Shown here: in pieces, positions 43,196 to 47,160 of the stretch | Layout of the letters: each line of letters starts with the position of its first letter | Position numbering within the stretch: the first letter of the stretch is position 1 | IMG/VR virus record: IMGVR_UViG_3300026737_000012 | Location: 1-47,160 of that record | DNA: 47,160 nucleotides | Strand: one strand, 5' to 3' | Source: a virus | Lineage: Duplodnaviria > Caudoviricetes | Notes under the pieces: generated by a model | The model's database searches: none | What the model was told of the DNA's origin: nothing | Seen by the model: the letters and a program-made list of their open reading frames with translations, nothing else | Position numbers and translations under genes: made by a program

Positions 43196-44173
43196 TTAAA
43201 ACGACGGCTCTCTTGGGCCTTCTGTTCCTGTTGCACCCAATTGTTTTTCTGACTCTTGCTCTTCTTTTCGCTCAGATTGTCTTTCATCAATTGCCTCTTC
43301 AACCTTATCCATTTCACGATCTAACTGTTCTTCAATTGCATCTGGCTCTTCCTCTTCAGCTTCAATATCAATAGTCTGACTGTTAGCATTTTCAGCTATT
43401 TCTCTATTGGCTTCAGCTTCAACACTCCCGGTCTCTTCATGAATCATTGATTGAGCATTAACTTTCTCTGGGTCTAAATCAATCTTATCTGAGACCCTTC
43501 TTGCAATAGTTTTATATCGCATCTTTTCAGGCCATGCATCCCAAATTGCTTTAGTTTTAGCTGCATCCCTCGCTTTCTGAAAATCTTCCTCTGTCAGTAT
43601 TAATAACTCATTCTTGCTAGAGTCTTCATACTGGATATAAGCAAAACCACCTATTACTTTCCCTCTGTTGAATGGATTTTCTACTTCAAATTCATAAGCT
43701 TCGACTTCTCTTTGAAAGTTAGACTTAAGCGGTTTGAAATGGTCATTTTCATGAACAAGTTCGATCACAATTTTCTTAGGTGGATTTAGAGCATATTTTT
43801 GAGCTATATAAAGCAACCCTTTAAATCCAGTTTGTAAGTCCAGATCATACTTTTTATTCTTACCATTGAAATACGGAATAACATGAATATGATTTTTCAT
43901 TAGAGCATCAAGGCCTAAATTAACTTTATGGACTGCATCAAGTGCTAAATTCTTAATGTTTACATTCTCCCAGGTGTAAGGTGTCTTGCTACCATTTCTC
44001 TTGCTCTCAAATTCCTTCAGTGCTGAGTCAGCTTTCAAAAACAAGTGCTGGGCCAGCTTCTTCTGATGATCAGAGAAAACTATGTCATTACCCATTTCCT
44101 GCCCGAACTGTCTTTCTACCTCACCGACAAATCTAACTGATACTGCTGTGTTTTTCTTCTTATCTTCACTCAT
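43196..44173 (-). CDS. recT: RecT/Redbeta-like single-strand annealing protein
   Basis: GLD......+IPY, LQ.G+KG, V.END.F, G.++G.+AY, W.....M..KT+. Confidence 0.85.
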   Translation of the reverse strand: MSEDKKKNTAVSVRFVGEVERQFGQEMGNDIVFSDHQKKLAQHLFLKADSALKEFESKRNGSKTPYTWENVNIKNLALDAVHKVNLGLDALMKNHIHVIPYFNGKNKKYDLDLQTGFKGLLYIAQKYALNPPKKIVIELVHENDHFKPLKSNFQREVEAYEFEVENPFNRGKVIGGFAYIQYEDSSKNELLILTEEDFQKARDAAKTKAIWDAWPEKMRYKTIARRVSDKIDLDPEKVNAQSMIHEETGSVEAEANREIAENANSQTIDIEAEEEEPDAIEEQLDREMDKVEEAIDERQSERKEEQESEKQLGATGTEGPREPSF

Positions 44174-44498
44174 TATTATTTCCCCCTTTAGCTTTTTTTA
44201 AATCTAATTTAGCTTTTTCTAAATGATATTTAACATCCTGTTTTCCCATCCCATTCAAAACAGCCGGATGAAATATTTCTTCAATGTCATTTATTAGATT
44301 CTGAACATCTTCTAATAATTCAGGAACGGATGCTATCAGAATTGCGTTAGCTTCTGTTTCTTTTAATGTAGTTTCATAATTAGCAACCCTCCCTATTTCT
44401 TGCCCTGTGGATTCGCTTTTTATTGAAGCAGCATATTCTATCTCAGGTAAATCTAAACCATCTTCAAAACCCCATGGCCCTTGTGTGTATTTAGGCAT
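44166..44498 (-). CDS. YTxGPW...ANAxLIAxxPELL family phage protein
   Basis: Motifs visible in the translation. Confidence 0.7.
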   Translation of the reverse strand: MPKYTQGPWGFEDGLDLPEIEYAASIKSESTGQEIGRVANYETTLKETEANAILIASVPELLEDVQNLINDIEEIFHPAVLNGMGKQDVKYHLEKAKLDLKKAKGGNNNE

Positions 44499-44515
44499 AT
44501 TTTCCCTCCTACTTA

Positions 44516-44701
44516 TTATTCTGCTAAATCAGCCATATAATTTATTTCACCTTCTATAACATCATTTAATTGTTTAATAGTTTTAACATCATCATAACTA
44601 GTTTCGCTTGACATAACTTCAAATTCTTGGTCAAAAACACCTTCCATACTCAAATAAACTTTCAAGTTGTTATGAAGCCTTTTAATTTCTTTATTAGCCA
44701 T
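44516..44701 (-). CDS. Hypothetical protein
   Basis: ORF track; GGAGG SD. Confidence 0.55.
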   Translation of the reverse strand: MANKEIKRLHNNLKVYLSMEGVFDQEFEVMSSETSYDDVKTIKQLNDVIEGEINYMADLAE

Positions 44702-44936
44702 CCTTTTCCTCCTTTAATTTATTAATAACCTCTTCTTCTGTTGGGCCAGAACAACGCTTTCTGATTTTATAAGATTCATCAGGATAAACTTCGTTTCCGC
44801 AATCTTCACATACCCAGACAGGAACTGTAACTTTTATAAGCTCCATTAAAATTTCATTTACAAATTCATCAGTTTTCTTTACAACCTGAACATCGCCACC
44901 GCAAACATGACATTCGTTATATCCTAAGTCCTTCAT
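44694..44936 (-). CDS. YgiT-type zinc-finger protein
   Basis: CHVCGG...VPVWVCEDCGNE. Confidence 0.7.
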   Translation of the reverse strand: MKDLGYNECHVCGGDVQVVKKTDEFVNEILMELIKVTVPVWVCEDCGNEVYPDESYKIRKRCSGPTEEEVINKLKEEKDG

Positions 44937-46921
44937 CAGCTGGCCTCCTTAACTTGCTTATCATCTTTTTCTACTTCTTCAACTCTTAACTTTTCATCTT
45001 CAGCACTTACTATTAGACTTATTAGCTGACTTTCTGTATCAATAGGCTCTGTTATACTCTCACGCCCATCTATCCAGATAGGAGCTCTAAAACCGTAGTA
45101 CTCAGAAAGTGTATTGATTATATCCACTCCCACTTTAAACTCTGAACCTGTATTAAGAGTATTCCCAAAAACTGCTCCATCTTCTTTATCCATAGCCTCG
45201 CAAGTCTCTTTAAGACCGCCGTTTACCTGCTCTTCGAAAAGTTTAAACTCGGTATAATCAAAATGACTATTTATCTTATCTTCAAGTAGATCAACTTTTG
45301 TTCTAATAAAATCTTCAGTTAAATATAATTCATGTTCTAACTTTTCATACTTCCGGGCCAATTCTTTCTCCTGAGCTGACAGTTCCTCAATTCTTTCCTC
45401 AGCTTTCTTTTTCTGCTCAAATTTATTCAGTTGAATTTGTAAAATATCAATTTTATCCTCTAATTTTTCAATTTTATCTTCAATATCTTCTTTAGAAGTA
45501 TCAGGATTACTTTCAATCTGATCAATAGTTTCCTGAATATTTTCTTTCTCTTTAAGTTTTTTCTTATACTGAAAGCTATCCTTGTAAGCCTCAGACTTTC
45601 CTTCAAGTTCATGAAGTTCCTTAAATAAATCATCCTTAACTTTCTTTAGTCCAGGAACTTGCTCTTCTAGTGATTGAATTTCCTCTTCTAGCTCAGTTGT
45701 TTCACCATTTAATTTCTCAACTTTCTGTTTTTTTTGGATTCCGTTTTGATTAATATTTTCTAATCTCTGAGACTTATCAAGCTTAGCTTTCTTTACAGCG
45801 CCCTCTATTTCATCTTCTGGGAGCTTTTGCCCGCAAGTAGGGCATTTATCTTCTACGTTGACTTCCTCTGAATTTACCTTATTCCAGCTCTCTCTAAGCT
45901 CATTCATTTCACCTTTGATAGTCTCAATTCTTTCTTTTTTATCAGCTAACTTAAGTTTCTTATTAGTAATTTTTCTATCTAAATCAGACAGCTGGTCCTT
46001 TATTTCTTCAATATCCTGCTTAGTTTCTTTAATCTTTTCATCATATTTTTCAGTATGATCATTTTTTATCTGCTGCAGTTCAGTATCCATTTCTGCAAGC
46101 TTCTTTCTCTTCTCAGCAATTTCACCCCCATTCTCAATGCCGGATAATTTTTTATCTAAACTTTTCTTTTTAGATTTAAGTTGCTTAATTTTATTTTCCA
46201 ACTCGTCTTCACTTTTATCCGGCAACTCCGGAATGCTATTATTAACTTCATCAATTCGGACTGGTATTTTCTCCAAATCCTTATTTATTTTTTTCTTTTT
46301 AGAAGCTATAACTTTTTGATGTTCATCAATAGTTCTTTCTCCCAAAATATCTTCTAACTGTTTTAAATCGCTGTTTTGGGCTATTACATCTTCATCAGTT
46401 ATATCGCCGCAAACATTAAGCAGTATTTCCCGGCGCTCTTCCCAGTGCAGCTGTTCATTAAAATATCTCGGGTCTGTTAATAATCTAAATATTTTTTCAT
46501 CAACAAGTTCATTGATTTTTTCATCATATTCTTTTTTCTTTACAGGGACTCCAGAGATATAATAATCTGTAGTATGGCCTGTAAATTGTTCTTCTGCAGA
46601 ACCTCTCTTTTTAGTCCATTTCTCCATATATACTTTTTCCAAAGTAAGTTGGCTGCCACCTATCAAAAAAGTTCCTTTAACCTTATGATCTAGACCATGA
46701 ATTACTTCCTTTGTTTTACTATCTTTTGTTTTAATATCAAATTGAGCCTGCCCCCGACTATCTTTATCGAATAAAAGCCATAAAAATGAGTCAAATAAGG
46801 TTGTTTTACCAGCTTTGTTGCGGCCAAAAATATTTATATCCTTTCCGTTTGCATCAAATTCAAACTTTCTTACTCCTTTAAAATTCTTTAATTCCAAACT
46901 TAGAAGTTTTAACTCTTTCAT
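44936..46921 (-). CDS. Rad50/SbcC-like AAA ATPase with zinc hook
   Basis: L.NFKG, GRNKAGKTT, long coiled-coil with CPTCGQ, PIWID..ES; ATG 46921 has an AAGGAGG SD. Confidence 0.9.
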   Translation of the reverse strand: MKELKLLSLELKNFKGVRKFEFDANGKDINIFGRNKAGKTTLFDSFLWLLFDKDSRGQAQFDIKTKDSKTKEVIHGLDHKVKGTFLIGGSQLTLEKVYMEKWTKKRGSAEEQFTGHTTDYYISGVPVKKKEYDEKINELVDEKIFRLLTDPRYFNEQLHWEERREILLNVCGDITDEDVIAQNSDLKQLEDILGERTIDEHQKVIASKKKKINKDLEKIPVRIDEVNNSIPELPDKSEDELENKIKQLKSKKKSLDKKLSGIENGGEIAEKRKKLAEMDTELQQIKNDHTEKYDEKIKETKQDIEEIKDQLSDLDRKITNKKLKLADKKERIETIKGEMNELRESWNKVNSEEVNVEDKCPTCGQKLPEDEIEGAVKKAKLDKSQRLENINQNGIQKKQKVEKLNGETTELEEEIQSLEEQVPGLKKVKDDLFKELHELEGKSEAYKDSFQYKKKLKEKENIQETIDQIESNPDTSKEDIEDKIEKLEDKIDILQIQLNKFEQKKKAEERIEELSAQEKELARKYEKLEHELYLTEDFIRTKVDLLEDKINSHFDYTEFKLFEEQVNGGLKETCEAMDKEDGAVFGNTLNTGSEFKVGVDIINTLSEYYGFRAPIWIDGRESITEPIDTESQLISLIVSAEDEKLRVEEVEKDDKQVKEAS

Positions 46922-47160
46922 TTTTATCCTCCTTTTGTCTTTGCCAGTCTTTCCATTCGACATAATCCATCATTTCTTTATCCTCCACATTTTCTTTAAG
47001 CCAGACAAGTGAATCTATCATTATAACCACCTATCCAGGTTGTTAATGTTTCTCTTTTTTGATATATTATAGTTAGAGTGTTTAATTTTATCTCGCTCAG
47101 CTGATTTGCCCTCAGTTGAGTTTTTTCTATTTTCTTTCCACATTTTTCTCACATCCTTAA

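Larger units (their letters stand above)
1..47160 (-). mobile_element. Siphovirus-type (pro)phage region, both ends outside the window
   Basis: Co-oriented replication, packaging, head, tail and lysis modules. Confidence 0.95.

Noticed and set aside
44694-44936. MqsA antitoxin of a toxin-antitoxin pair
   Set aside because: Only the zinc-finger part is present; no HTH domain and no adjacent MqsR-like toxin recognised
1-47160. Stop-codon reassignment or selenocysteine recoding
   Set aside because: Core genes are full length in the standard code; the only breaks are explained by the intron and the -1 frameshift

Overview
The window is most of a temperate siphovirus-type (pro)phage from a low-GC Firmicute, with every convincing gene on the minus strand. 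The host is not determinable; the GGAGGTGAT-type SD sites, low GC and acidic proteins would fit a Halanaerobium-like anaerobe (inference). In transcription order (right to left): recombination/replication (Rad50-like AAA ATPase, RecT, MBL hydrolase, initiator with internal iteron origin, DnaC-like loader); early accessory genes (2x YopX, dCTP deaminase, SSB, HNH, DUF1064); ArpU/RinA-like late activator; a structured non-coding leader with a tRNA-like element; packaging/head; neck and tail (HK97-gp10-like gene split by a group I intron carrying a homing endonuclease, -1 frameshifted tail chaperone, tape measure, tail spike). Next comes a complete diversity-generating retroelement (target with VR, avd, TR, RT). 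Just before the lysis genes lies the most unusual locus: a 371-aa protein with a tail-fibre-like N-terminus fused to a 48-Cys, mostly Cys-x-x-x repeat region, followed by two radical-SAM enzymes (Twitch-type and full SPASM). This looks like RiPP-style maturation machinery that may be acting on a virion protein. Integrase and repressor are not in the window.
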